Shown here piece after piece: positions 37,395-49,346 of a stretch of DNA of 64,000 bases; position 1 is the stretch's first letter; each line of letters begins with the position of its first letter. Under the pieces are notes generated by a model that worked only from the letters and a program-made list of their open reading frames with translations, had not been told where the DNA came from and searched no databases. The DNA is from Felis catus (Eukaryota), in contig NC_058377.1 of NCBI RefSeq assembly GCF_018350175.1, forward strand, positions 61,752,001-61,816,000, written 5' to 3'. Both the position numbers and the translations under genes were made by a program.

Positions 37395-39150
37395 TTTACA
37401 CCAAACCAGACTTCTCTATAGGAAAGACCGCATGTTTGAATCCTTTGACCACACGTTAGGAAAAGGTGACCTTGACACTAGGTATTCTTTTTTTTTTTTT
37501 TTTAATTTTTTTTTTCAACGTTTTTATTTATTTTTCGGACAGAGAGAGACAGAGCATGAACGGGGGAGGGGCAGAGAGAGAGGGAGACACAGAATTGGAA
37601 ACAGGCTCCAGGCTCTGAGCCATCAGCCCAGAGCCTGACGCGGGGCTCGAACTCCCGGAATGGGAGATCGTGACCTGGCTGAAGTCGGACGCTCAACCGA
37701 CTGGCCACCCAGGCGCCCCTAAATGAACTTTTGTGTAAGGTATGAGATAAGGTGAAAGCTAATTTTATTTTTGTATAAATATACAGATGGACCAGCACCA
37801 TTTATTGAAAATATTATTTTTTCTTACAAAAATAGTTGGTGACTTTGTCAAATATCAATAATTGAGTTATGTGAAGATCTCTTTGTGAACTCTCTCATCT
37901 GTTTTATTGATGTGCTTGTCTCTCATTATGATTATTTGGCACTATTTTACTGAAGATTTACAGTAAGTATTGAAATTAGGTAGTATATAAGCTGTACAAA
38001 ACTGTTCTTTATTTGTAAGGTGTTTAGCTAATCCAGATCTTTTGCATTTCTATAAAAAAATGTGAAAAATCTATGGAATTCTACAAAAAAATGCTAAGAA
38101 TTTTTTCCCCCTACCTTCCAAATGAATGTGCTAAGGTCTTATTCTTTTTTTTTTTTATTGTTACTGGATTCACTTACTATTATTTTGTTAAGACCTTAAA
38201 AACAAACAAACAAAAACAAACAAACAAACAAACATGGATGGAAACTGTTCATGGATGGAAAATATAAGGTAGTAATTTTCTTTCCTCAGCAAAGTCTTTG
38301 CACTGTTTTAGAATCAGAAATGTGTTGACCCAGTGTTGGTATGTTTCTTTTTTATCTATGATAATGTAATTTCATGTATAGCCTAATTTAATCTTTGTAC
38401 CACTGTTCAGATATGTTTTACCTCTACTTACATGATAATTACACAATATTTTGTTATTATTTTGGTTTAATATCAATTGTGTTTTAAGGAATTCAATAGA
38501 GAGAAAACAGTCTTAATCTCAAGTGTTATTTAGCCTAAAAATGTTTATTTTACATTAGGTTTTGAGGTAAATTTTCACTAAAAATCTACATGAAGAGATT
38601 TTATTTCCACCACATCACAAATGAAATCACACATTTTTTCCTTTGACCCCTGTTGTTTCTGAAGAAAAGTCGTACGACATTCTTTTCATAGTTTCTTTGT
38701 ATGCAACGTGTGTTTTTTAATATTCATTCACCTGTATGTTTTCTTTAATTGACCTTGCTCCATATTTGCTGAGCATCTGAATTCATGGGTATCCTTTATG
38801 TTATAATATTTAAAAACTTCAGGCAATAATTCTTCAAAAATTTTTTATCTTTTTTTCCTCTCTTCTTCCCTTCTAATACACCAATTGCACATGTGGTCGA
38901 CATCTTGATCTACCATCTCTGGGAGTCTTTTAATTAAAAAAAAAAATCTTTTTGTTTCATTCAGTGCTTCTGTTTGGATAATTAATATTGATGCATCTTT
39001 GAGTTCAGTTACCCTTTCTCCTATGCTGTCCAATCTGCTCTGGATCCCATCCAATAATATTTTGATTTTAGTATTTTATTTTTCTCTAGTTGGATTCTCA
39101 TTTATTTTTTTCATACTTTCCAAATATTTCCTGAAATTTCTAATCTCATC
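36800..39150 (-). mobile_element. Degraded old L1 fragments, antisense
   Basis: T-rich L1-like phrases such as ccagcaccattttattgaaa. ORF 38845-39054 resembles the L1 ORF1 coiled coil (MDGIQSRLDSIGERVTELKD). Confidence 0.65.
37363..37719 (-). mobile_element. Young SINEC_Fc with a 97-bp 3' transduction and a second poly(A) tail
   Basis: TSD TAAATGAACTTTT at 37354-37366 and 37720-37732 brackets T28, unique sequence 37391-37487, a T-tail and the SINE body. Confidence 0.88.
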
Positions 39151-39259
39151 CACATCTAAATTCCTCATCTTGTCTTATCCAAAGTGGAGGTACATTGGGA
39201 AAAAGACAAACAGGGTTAGCTTAATGGAAGATGAAGGGTAAATTTCAGTCAAACTTTTT

Positions 39260-39479
39260 TTTTTTAATTTTTTTTTCAACGTTTATTTATTTTTGGGACA
39301 GAGAGAGACAGAGCATGAACGGGGGAGGGGCAGAGAGAGAGGGAGACACAGAATCGGAAACAGGCTCCAGGCTCTGAGCCATCAGCCCAGAGCCCGACGC
39401 GGGGCTCGAACTCATGGACCGCGAGATTGTGACCTGGCTGAAGTCGGACGCTTAACCGACTGCGCCAGCCAGGCGCCCC
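39260..39479 (-). mobile_element. Young SINEC_Fc with TSD
   Basis: TSD TCAGTCAAACTTTTT at 39245-39259 and 39480-39494. Confidence 0.95.
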
Positions 39480-40480
39480 TCAGTCAAACTTTTTGAGAGA
39501 ACACTTCTAGGCTAGGAGAAAACCCAAGAATATTCCTCAAATACCATTCAAAATGACTCTCTTCTGGGTTGAAGCTGGAGGCAGAGAGCACAACTGGATA
39601 TAGCCCGTCAAAACTGAAAAGAACAGATGGTCACCATTCCAAGATTCTATTGGAGGCCACTTGTGGCATCTCTTTTCTCTGTTGTCCTTTGGTATCTACA
39701 GAATAAATAGGTTTTGAAAGGTCTTGTGTCTCCTCTCCTATTCTGGTTGTTGGAAGGAGAGGATATTCTTTATGGACTGGAATTACAAGTAGAGAGATGT
39801 GGGTAGACCAGAAACCAGAGAAGGCTTGGTCTGACCATCTACTACTAGGAAGCTCTCATAAGAACTGTCAGTCTGCTGAGTAGTTCAAAGAAGGCCACTC
39901 TCTTGTTTCCACAGCTTTGCTTTATACTGAATGTGTCTAAACAGGGATGATGTAACAAAAATACCTCTGTAGACTTTGAGGCTCATGAGAGTAGAGACCC
40001 TACCATTTATCCACTGCTCTCTCCTAAAGCCTTGTGCCTGGCACATAGTAGGTTCTTAATAAATATTTGGAGGATAAATGCATAATTATGGGTCTCTGTG
40101 AATGTCTCTACGGAAGCCTGCATGTTTCTGGGTGTATGAATGTGCTCTGTTCAACTTCCTTAGTTTGACTAAAGAGATACTTTTATTCTCCGACTTTGAC
40201 AACTAGTATGCTTCTTGGAGCATATCAGGCACCTTCCCTGAAGTGAGTACTCAAGGTCACAGGTCAGTGGTGATGGTTGTTACTAAGCGATGAGTAAAGT
40301 TTCTTGGGATCAGAGTCCATGTGAAGCTGCTGGCAGAGGCCAGCTGAAGAAATCGGAGCAGAGGGGTCCTGGATAAAGGCAGGGCCTCAATAAGCAGTAT
40401 GCTGTTACTTTGAAATCAGCCAAGAAGTTGAGCCTCAAAAGTGGGAGGAGGGGTAATGCAAAGCCTATTAGACAATACTG

Positions 40481-40617
40481 TGATAATGTGTGCTTACAAA
40501 GAAGCAAAGCAACAGCCCGGTCCGTTGTCACCAGTAGATAGTCCACCTCCTTCCTCATTTGCCTACTAGTAACCATCCCACTGACTACATAGCATAAAAC
40601 CTGCATGACATAGATAA
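40481..40617 (+). promoter_or_regulatory. GATA-site cluster with a half-E-box/GATA composite (candidate erythroid element)
   Basis: TGATAA at 40481, AGATAG at 40536, and CTG-N8-AGATAA at 40601-40617. Confidence 0.4.
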
Positions 40618-40776
40618 GAAAATTTAGCCCTTAGCCTTCCTCATTGCTGTGAATGAGGAAACACAGAGACAGCAAGAGTTTGACTCTTTCTCAGTCTCCA
40701 TAAGAAAGTATATGTAGAGCAGTTCGCGTTAATTCAGGATACGAAGAGCTACTTTATTTTTTTCAGAAATTATCAT

Positions 40777-40970
40777 GGGCCCCTGGGTGGCTCAGTTGGT
40801 TAAGCATCTGACTTAGGCTCAGATCATGATCTCATGGTTCACGAGTCTGAGCCCCATATTGGGCTTTCTGCTGTCAGTGCAGAGCCTGCTTCAGATCCTC
40901 TGTCCCCTCACTCTTTGCCCTTCCCCTGCTCTCTCTCTCTCCCTCAAAAAATAAACATTTAAAAAGAAAA
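40777..40970 (+). mobile_element. CanSINE with TSD
   Basis: TSD AGAAATTATCA at 40765-40775 and 40971-40981. Confidence 0.92.
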
Positions 40971-41044
40971 AGAAATTATCACTTTGTTGTTACACATTAT
41001 TGTCACAACAGCTGCCAAAATGATGTATACTATAAACATTTTAC

Positions 41045-41410
41045 TTGCTAAAAAACAAAATTATAAACCTGAGTGATTTTGAAGATCTAATTAGCTTTAT
41101 TAAATAATTCATGAACCCAGCAGCACCCCTTCCAGCAAGTAGAGGGGAGCTCCTAGGATGTGAATAAAATGGAAGGTTTTTATAGGAAGGAGAGTGGGGC
41201 AAGAAAGTTGTAAGCAAAAGAAAAGAAAGAATTATTCCAGGCAAGGCCATTTTCCCTTAGGAGGAAGAGTAGAGGGTCTCCTCACACAGCTGACCTCAGC
41301 TTCCTTTGGGGAATTGGGAGTACCATGTGACAGACTTCTTGGTGCCCATTAGAAAATTCCTGACTGACCTGTCAAGACTACATTTCTGGGGGAGACTGAA
41401 ATTGATATTG
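41045..41410 (-). mobile_element. Probable ERV1 LTR fragment
   Basis: Antisense poly(A) signal (ctttatt) and antisense TATA (ttttatagg) in LTR-like spacing. Confidence 0.5.
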
Positions 41411-42519
41411 TTTTTTCCAAACAGTCCAAGCCACTGGACTGTTTTCCAATGAGGATGAACTCATTCTCTTGGAAGTTGGCATGAAGAAATGCAAGTTCTT
41501 AGGACTTTGAAATTCAGTCACATCACTTCATTTAATGCCAGCCATGTGACCAAAAGCAAGTGATTTAATCTTTTCCAGCTTCACTGTCTTTAGCACACTA
41601 AAAAGAAAACCAGAGGCCCAAAGTGGCATCGCCAAGGTTAAGGCCCTAAGTCAGCAAACCAGGGCCAAGATTCCTTTTTGCCCCTAGCAAAGTGTCAGCA
41701 TGAAGGCAGCTGAGCTACTAGACGGAGGTCACTCTGCCTATTTCAAGGACTTGTCAATGGGCTGTAGGCAGTAAGGGAATTTTCATTTGCCTTTGTTTCC
41801 CACATCACCATGGCAAGCCCTTAAACCCCTTACCGTTGTTCTTGGATAGCCAGGAGTGTCCCAGGAGTATAACACATTCCACCTGGCAGGGAGAAGGGAG
41901 TGCTAGCTTGTACTTAACCCCTGAGCTTGCCTTATGCTCTCTCATTAGAGTGGCCTAGAGAAAAGTTTGGGAAATGTCAGGCTTGTTTTGGTGAGGCAGG
42001 TGTTTGAGTTACCTGAGCTAGATGGGCTATGAGCGGAGACAGACAAAACAAACAAACAAACAAACAAAAATACCAGGTAGACCTTAACCCAAGCTAGGGG
42101 TGAGGGTAGAAGGATTGATTTTTGGCTTTTCAAAAGGGGTCTCACCAAAAATTTGTCACAGTGAAGATGAAAATTCGTTCTTCTTTGGAATGACTGGTGA
42201 GAGGCACGATATGAGGAAAGAAGAACTTACTAAAAAGATTGCTACAGGAAGATGTGGAGCCTTCGTCTATGAAAACATTCTAGACTTTCTATGCTTGCAT
42301 AGATGCAGACATCCAGGGAGGCAAGGCAATGGGAAATATAGATTCCAACAAGAAGCTTTCTCATGGGCTCAGACCAGACTGCAGGATCCCTTTGACAATC
42401 CCAACATGCATAGGTCTTTCCAGCCTGGAAAGCCCTTACCAATCACATACCAAAAAATGTTTATCTAAGGAGGGCCTTGCTCACCAGGCCTGGACCTTGG
42501 ATCAGAAAAAGGTGTGCTT

Positions 42520-43058
42520 TGTGGGGTCAGAAAAATAATTTTCTTTCTACCCTTCTAGGTTCATGGCTGGGACCACCTCCTTCCCCCATGATAAAAGGCA
42601 GATTAACTACAGAAAAACAAACAAGTTTAATAACATGCATACCTCCTGTATACATGGAAAGTACCCAGGAAAACTCCCCAAAATGTCCCAAGCCACCATT
42701 TAAAATCCCAGATCCATCTAAAGACAACAGATGTTGGGAGGTGGGAAGCCAGTTATGGGAGGCTAGTGGAAAAGCACAGCGATCAAGGGTAAGTTTGTTA
42801 TGCAGATTTAGGTCTTTGCCTTCCCCAACGACCAGTTTCCTGAGGTTTAGTCCTTTTCCTCATCCTGGTAATGGAGGGAGACATCCTTACAAATGGAGAT
42901 TTCCTTACAAATGTAAATGCCTCTTACAAAAGGGTAACTTCTGCTTGGTTGGTTTTCAGAGCTCCCTTGAGCCTTGCTGTTTCTTAAAAATGATCAGCCT
43001 AAAATAATCCTTATGCCAAAGAGGAATATTTTGGAGCCACAAATTCTGCTCCCCTTCA
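42520..43058 (-). mobile_element. MER34-like solo LTR
   Basis: Reverse complement starts tgaaggggagcagaatttg...ccaaaatattcctctttggcataaggattatttt; TG...CA termini. It accounts for the 176-aa ORF. Confidence 0.8.
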
Positions 43059-43482
43059 GGCTACAGCCATTTTCTGCAACAGAGACCCCTCCCCCAACCC
43101 AAGTGAGTCTGAGTCTGGAGAAACCAAAAACCTTGAGAAAGGATTTCCTTTAGTTCTGTGTCTGGTCTGACTGGGGATTCAAAGCTTGGTCAATGTAACT
43201 GGAACTAAAGGCACTCAGACACATCTGCATCCTATGAGGTTATCTTTAATATCTGAGAAAGTAGAGAAAATATATCTCTCCATTACTTTCACGATTTTAT
43301 GTGGGTTATAGGGTTTGGGTATGTCTGTTGTCTGTATGCATGAGACAGAGGAGGAATGCACCAGCTGGCATTTCTTAGAACTTTGTGGGAGATCAACAGG
43401 ATGTGGGAAAATGAAGTTGGAAGATGTATTTTCTTAACCTGTTGGGAAAGGAAGGTTTGAATTTAAACCCATTTGGGGTTGA

Positions 43483-43501
43483 AGGCTCCCCCTGGTGGTT
43501 G
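43483..43501 (-). promoter_or_regulatory. CTCF core motif; candidate ortholog of beta-globin distal HS-111 (human) / HS-62.5 (mouse)
   Basis: Minus strand reads CAACCACCAGGGGGAGCCT versus consensus TGGCCACCAGGGGGCGCTA. It lies in apparently unique sequence about 10.7 kb upstream of the OR51M1 CDS. Orthology is inferred from synteny only. Confidence 0.7.
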
Positions 43502-43755
43502 TATTGGAAAATCACAAGATGCATATTGACCTGGCTGTTCTACAGTAATCTCATACCCCGCCAAGCCTGACTCAGTTAGCTAGGTATTGATACTGGGTAG
43601 AACCTCCCCTAAATATAACTGGGATCCCGAAAAGCATGCTAGGATCCAATATATCCCTGTCTCTCCCACAGGCTTTCTCAATCTCTGGTACAGAGTAGGC
43701 TTACTTGTTCTCCTTGTGGATAGGGAATGAGCTAAGACAGTCATATTCTCACATA

Positions 43756-43861
43756 CACACAGCTGTCTCTGCCTGTATCTTTCACACATGCACACACATA
43801 CACACACACACAGCTGTCTCTGTATCTTTCACACATGCACACACATACACACACACACACA
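43756..43861. repeat. Two-copy tandem duplication (about 50 bp) with (CA)n
   Basis: cacacagctgtctctg(cctg)tatctttcacacatgcacacacatacacacacac occurs twice. Confidence 0.9.
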
Positions 43862-43978
43862 GGCACATGTGAAAATAATATTATATGCACTGAAAGCCAC
43901 ACTAGCACACATACAAATAGGTACACTCTTACATTGATACTTTTAGTAATGGATTTAGATACTCTAGTAAGGGATTCT

Positions 43979-44193
43979 TTTTTTTTTTAAGTTTATTTAT
44001 TTATTTTGAGAGACAGACAGACAGAGTGAGCAGGGGAGGTGCAGAGAGAGAGGGAGAGAGAAGGAATCTCAAGCAGACTCTCTGTTGTCAGTGTGGAGCC
44101 AAATATGGGGCTCAAACTCACAAACTGTGAGAACATGACCTGAGCCGAAACCAAGAGTCAGCCTCTTAACCTACTGAGCCACCCAGGTGCCCC
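43979..44193 (-). mobile_element. CanSINE
   Basis: Flanked by ATACT(C/T)TAGTAA(G/T)GGATTCT repeats. Confidence 0.9.
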
Positions 44194-44313
44194 AATACTT
44201 TAGTAATGGATTCTAATACATTCAAGATTAGACTCATACCAACATATTGATATACCACGTCCCTAAGAATCACCTACCTACATTCACTTCACTTTATATT
44301 CATAAGATTTCAT

Positions 44314-45093
44314 TGTTGGCGAGGGGAAAAATTTTACTCTACTATTCAAGATTCTTCTAGCTAGTCTAAGAATTAAACTGACATGAGACAGATTAATCAT
44401 TAATAAATCATGAAACAGAATAAATTCAAATTTAACTACATATATACGGGGGCTCCATAAGCATAAAAGGTCCATAGAGAGTCAGTCAAGCTATTGAGGA
44501 CTATACCATCAAGAACTATGGAGAAGGGGACAGGGATTTGGGACTTTAAAGGAGAGATAATTCACAAGAAGATGAAAAGAGTAAAAATTTGGTAAACAAA
44601 TGTTTGCTGGGCCTCAGAGAAACAATGAGACAGAATAATTTTAACAAGCAGATTTTGCTAGGTTCCTCCCTGTCTACCACACCTAGTTCATATTATACTG
44701 TAGTTGTCTATGGTAATAGTTCTCTTCCTGGAACAGGTGTCCTATCTAAATTCTTTTAGGCAGTCAATGGGAAGCAAAAAGAAACCTTAGCCTTCTGTTT
44801 CTTAAAAATAATTAGCCTAGGGGCGCCTGGGTGGCGCAGTCGGTTAAGCGTCCGACTTCAGCCAGGTCACGATCTCGCGGTCCGTGAGTTCGAGCCCCGT
44901 GTCAGGCTCTGGGCTGATGGCTCAGAGCCTGGAGCCTATTTCCGATTCTGTGTCTCCCTCTCTCTCTGCCCCTTCCCCGTTCATGCTCTGTCTCTCTCTG
45001 TCCCAAATATAAAAAAAAATAATAATAATTAGCCTAAAATAATCCACATGCCAAAGAGACACATTTTGGGGCAGCAAATTTTGCCTCCCTACA
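44314..45093 (-). mobile_element. MER34-like solo LTR interrupted by a young SINEC_Fc (44820-45023, +)
   Basis: TG...CA termini and flanks TCAT/CCAT. The SINE TSD AATAATTAGCCTA is at 44807-44819 and 45024-45036. Confidence 0.8.
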
Positions 45094-46763
45094 CCATCAT
45101 TACCCAAGGGGACAGAGATGTGCCCAAGAACTATTCCTTTGTTGTTCGGTGCCACCAGCCTTCAGAAACAAATTCTGCCTTCCCAGCCTGGGACAAACTG
45201 TTCAGTAAACTGTGTTTAACACAATCTGTTTTCTTTACCAAATACGATCTTCATAAAGAGAAAACTATGTCATGTCAACTTATGTATCTGCAAGGCCTTG
45301 CTCAGGGTTTTTCAGAGCAGACACTTAATAGATGCATAGCAAACGAAAATTGATAAGAATGGTTAATGTCATTTCAATCTTCATTCTAAAGGATTTTTCT
45401 GTGATATAAAAAAATAAAACAAAAAGACCTAAGAACATTTTGTATTTCTTAAAATGACAATTCCTTGGGCGCTAGTCCTTCATTTACTGTATAATTCAGA
45501 GAAGCAGAGTAGAAAGCTATTATATAGATGCTAGCAAGAAATATAAGGCAAATAGTATTGCAAGCCTCCAGATAAGTGGAAGGTTATCCATCCACTCCAT
45601 AGTATCATTTAGCCACGTGAAGAGCTAGGAGTTATTCTCACCTAGCACCGTGCACCAAACAATGTCTGTTGCCAGTGCAGATTTTAAATACTTTATACAT
45701 ATTGCTAATAATATCTTCCATAAAAAAATACAAGGTCATTCCTTGCTTTGTTAAACTCAATCATCAATATGCATACAGTCTTCCAGACTCTTATCTCTGC
45801 CTACATCTACTGTCTCATTCTAAGGCATTACTTCTCTCAAATTTTATATTTGAGTATTGGAGAATTTTATGGTTCTCAGAAAAATTTCCTCACCTCTATG
45901 CCTTAGCGTATACCCCTCCTTCCTGCCATTCCTTTGCTATAAAGTCCTGTCTCATGATTAATTCTTGCTTAGTCTTCATAGCTCAGTTTGAGTACCTTCC
46001 CTGTGCCTCCCAGTTGGGCTAGTTGCTATGCACCCAAACTCCCATAATTGCTACGTCCATGTCTTTGGTTGTCCATATGATTGTTGTATCATTTCATATG
46101 TCATAGAGGCCCCCAAATAATAGCAATAGTTGCTGCTGATGGTAATAACAGAAGCAATTGTTCCCTAACTTGGCTCCCTCTAGGACATGACCAAAATTAT
46201 GTTCTCAATAAAGGCAGAATATTCTCAATTTTTTCTGATACGAATTTTATTTCCTACAAACCTAATTGAGGATTTTCAACTCTCTCCCTCTGTTGCCTGA
46301 GCCAGAACTCTCTTCATCAACTACAATTTNNNNNNNNNNNNNNNNNNNNNNNNNNNNNNNNNNNNNNNNNNNNNNNNNNNNNNNNNNNNNNNNNNNNNNN
46401 NNNNNNNNNNNNNNNNNNNNNNNNNNNNNNNNNNNNNNNNNNNNNNNNNNNNNNNNNNNNNNNNNNNNNNNNNNNNNNNNNNNNNNNNNTCAAAAGATGA
46501 CCTGCTCTCTGCATCCTGTCCTGTCACCCTAACTCTGCCTGCCTACAGTCTGTCCATAATTACTGGCTATTTACCTCGTCTGAGGTGATGCCATCTTCTA
46601 TCTAGGTGTATTCTGATCACACTGGCATGTCATAAACTTCAGGGGTCTCTGTCCTCACTTTGGGTCTATATGTCCCATTTGGGGGGTTCACATTCATGCA
46701 AACCTGATCAACTATCTCCTGCTTATGATTACATTATTATAATACCTTGTGAATGCCAATCTC

Positions 46764-46776
<13 letters not shown>

Positions 46777-46802
<26 letters not shown>
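46777..46802. repeat. (GT)n microsatellite (core of the tract; start approximate)
   Basis: Perfect GT repeat. Confidence 0.9.
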
Positions 46803-46803
<1 letters not shown>

Positions 46804-48827
46804 CCACGGGAAGAGAAGTGTGCATACGACCTGACCACATCAATCAATTCAGGTTTTGTAGCTTGGACTGAGGAAGAAACACAAACTGACTTTTCTGAGA
46901 CGATGGTATTTGTTACCAGAAAAGGGAAGAAGGCAAGAAGAGAGGGAACGTTGGGGAAAAGACTCCTTGCGTCAGGGCTTGTTGAAGTAGGGTCCGCATA
47001 TTCAGATTTGAGTGGAGAGCCTCAGGAAAGCCTGAGAAACAGGCTGGAGCATGCATTTGGGATGGGAGTGTGTATGGAAGGTTTTCCTCTGGCCAGCCTC
47101 TAGGCTCAAAGGTGCAGTGTCTGGCAGAGACAAAGAGTGAAGGAATGATCTCATCAAAGGAAATAGGTAAGTGGGCCTGAAAATGACTTCGAGAATGGGA
47201 GGACATGGGGGTGCTGGGGGCTCTGGTGCTTCCAGGAAGGTGAGCAATGTGAGCCAATGTGGCAGCTGCGTGGGTGGCCTTCATACACCACGTCCGGCCT
47301 CTCTGGCAAACTGTGGGACCATTCTGATGAACACAGGGAGGGATCAAATGAGGTAGCAGGTGGCCGGGATCAGTTTCTTCATAAAGCAGGAAAAGGGGAT
47401 GAAGCTGTACCATTTTTCTGCCAGCGGAGATCCAGCAGCCTGGAGATTAAGTCCTATAAAGTGAGGGCTCTTCAGCCTCAGGTGAACTCATGGAAGGAGA
47501 GAGGGATGTAGAGGGGAGAGGAGTCGCGTCGGCTCTTGCCCACAGGGCTTCCAGCCCTGGGGACTCTTTGTTTGTCCTCAGCTTCTCCCAGCTGGTGCCA
47601 TGGTGCTTCACATGCACAGGGAAAGAAGGAGGATAAATCCTTCCCTGGCAGTACAGCCTGAGGCCTCACACTGATGCTGTTGCCATACTGCCTACCCGCT
47701 TCCTCTCCCGGTACAGATCACCTGAGCTTCACTTTTTTAAAACGAGCATCTGCAGGTTAGTCTCCACTGCTGCCCTAAGCCAGGGTTTCAGTGGGGGTGA
47801 GGGTCATATGAGAAGAAAGAGAGAATGCAAGGAGTCAGGGATGTAGAGTTGTCCAGGAAAGCAGAGACCCTGGGAAAATGTGGCCTAAATTTTAATTCCA
47901 GCTCCTGCACCTAATCCTTGAATGACCTTAGACAAGTATATTCAGCACACTGGGCCTTAGTGTTTTGCATTTGTAAAATGAAGTCTTGGATTCCATGATC
48001 TCCCAGAAACTCTTCCACTCCTGACACTAGTAAAAGCCTTTGCAAAGAACCAGGGCCAGAGAAAGGAACAGAGACTGCCCTCTCTAGAGAAAAGGAAAGC
48101 CCATCTACAATAAATATTATGTTACTGAGGCCACGAGAAAGGGCTGCCTGGCTCCCTAGATGTGCCCAGGCCAGGCCCTTCTTGGTTTATTTCTGGAAAT
48201 CATGGATATCATAAACCCTCCGGTCTCCACAGACTCCTCCCTGTCTTCTCATCAACCAAGCATCCATTAGCTTCTTCAGTTCAGATTTTATACATTTTGT
48301 ACATGTGTGCCGATTGAAGTACATTTTGTGTGCCGGACCAGTGAACATGGCAAGAAGGATCTTGCCCCTAGTCTTTTCTATTAACACAGACACCCTTATG
48401 GCTTCCCCAGTATCCAGAATACGTCCACTCCCCTCCAAAGTCCTCATCCACCCTGGTCACAAAAGGCACGTTGACACATTGAATTTGACCCTTGTGGGAA
48501 TGCTCAAAAGTGAGGTATCTTCAAAAATAAGGTCCAAGTCCATCTGGGTATTCTCCTACTCATAAGAAACAGTAGCCTCTACCACTAACTCAGTTTTTTT
48601 AAATAGCAAATATTAGGTTGAAACAAAAGAATATTTCGAACACAAAGGTAAGGTGGAGATCAACCTGTTCATTGCATAGTGAAAAATCTCTTTTCAGGAA
48701 TTTCTTCTTTCGGTCTCTGCTGTGAATACTATAGTTACATTGTCAGTAGCCACGGCTGTATGCTGACAGATGGGCTTCCTGGGTTCTTTTGTTTGTTGTT
48801 GTTTCTGTTTTTGTCTTTTAAAACCTT

Positions 48828-49346
48828 AGTTACTCCAAAACCTTTATCAGACACATGGTTCTGTTTTGGGGTGGGGGTGGCCTCAATCTCCAGAGTGGCT
48901 CTGACGTTACCCCTTTCACGGAGGACAAAGCAGGATTTCTCTTCCCCAGCGAAGGGATGCAGGCTGGATGCCAAAGCCAGAGTGGGGAGGCAGCCTCAGG
49001 CCTCTGAGTGTTCACCTCAGATGGGAAGATTTGGCCCACTCCAAAGGAGGATCAAAGTTTGGGCTCTGGTTTCTCCTCACTCTGGAAGAGGGTGGGGTGA
49101 GTCTCAGAGGAAGCAAGTGGCCACCTCTCTATCTGGTTCAGGGAGCTGGGACAGAAGCCAAGAGGGGCTTATCTGTTTCCTCAGGACAGAAGTCCTACCA
49201 GTTCTTTTGAGTAGGCTGGGGATGGGGATGGGGTTGGCTCTCTGGCCTGGGTCTTTTCAGGCCAAGATGGAAATGGGGGCCACTTTAGGAAGGTGGCAAT
49301 TTGGGGAGATTTTTTTAAAGGAGAAACACCTGTTTCTCTCTTAACA
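48828..49346. mobile_element. Possible LTR-derived segment
   Basis: GC-richer block with GTTAC...TTAACA ends; family not recognised. Confidence 0.3.

Noticed and set aside
42477-43007. 176-aa ORF
   Set aside because: Non-ATG start and lies on the antisense strand of an LTR.
42520-45093. Two co-oriented MER34-like LTRs flanking 1.25 kb, resembling a mini-provirus carrying the CTCF motif
   Set aside because: The LTR interiors differ, there is no primer-binding site after the putative 5' LTR, and the 44314-45093 copy has its own 4-bp TSD-like flanks. They are independent solo LTRs.
46913-47413. 166-aa minus-strand ORF
   Set aside because: No recognisable homology; expected by chance in a GC-richer block.
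48187-48565. Overlapping 86-aa ORFs with an ILLAMF string reminiscent of an OR
   Set aside because: No other OR motif in the frames I could read; chance similarity.
48679-49344. 221-aa ORF
   Set aside because: GTG start, no recognisable domain, crosses low-complexity sequence and a probable LTR.
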